From contig NC_073385.1 in the NCBI RefSeq assembly GCF_028641065.1, forward strand, positions 46,934,001 through 46,998,000: a stretch of 64,000 nucleotides of DNA, read 5' to 3'. Positions 63,796 through 64,000 of this stretch are shown here, one piece after another. Source of the stretch: Leucoraja erinacea (Eukaryota). A program made the translations under genes and the position numbers. Under the pieces are notes generated by a model that was not told where the DNA came from, did not search any database, and saw only the letters and a program-made list of their open reading frames with translations. Every line of letters begins with the position of its first letter. Positions within the stretch are counted from its first letter, which is position 1.

Positions 63796-64000
63796 TATTG
63801 TCCAGTATTCTGATGATCCCAGAGACAAAGTCAATCCACCTCTTGCATTAAATGTCACTTGATTTCAACCGTCACCCATTCCATCTCTCCAGCGATGCTG
63901 CCTGTCCCCCTGAGTTACTCCAGCATTTTGTATCTACCTTCGATTTAAGCCAGCATCTGCAGTTCTTTCCTATACAATAAAATTCTTACATGCAGCGGCA

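Overview
Eukaryotic vertebrate genomic DNA, almost certainly from a cartilaginous fish (skate/ray-like, inferred from HE1/V-SINE-type SINEs, abundant CR1 and Penelope-derived repeats). The window holds the conserved AVEN(-) / CHRM5(+) / EMC7(-) block. It contains AVEN coding exons 1-2 (the gene runs off the left edge), the single-exon CHRM5 CDS and all five EMC7 coding exons. Between CHRM5 and EMC7 lies an extra two-coding-exon gene: signal peptide plus a lone fibrinogen C-terminal domain ending in the ER-retrieval motif RDEL. About half of the rest is transposable elements. These include many CR1 fragments, L1, Rex1/Babar, Penelope and RTE pieces, and a decayed full-length CsRN1-type Gypsy element with LTRs, TSD and tRNA-Trp PBS. 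There are also two non-autonomous Helitrons (one carrying duplicated TATA-Inr promoter-like cassettes and tandem arrays), a Harbinger-like element that captured a ZFP36-family zinc-finger fragment, and a Tc2-like composite. Positions 2.0-4.7 kb are GT-rich low-complexity sequence with N gaps, and several scrambled local duplications suggest assembly artefacts. All calls were made by eye; no database searches were run.
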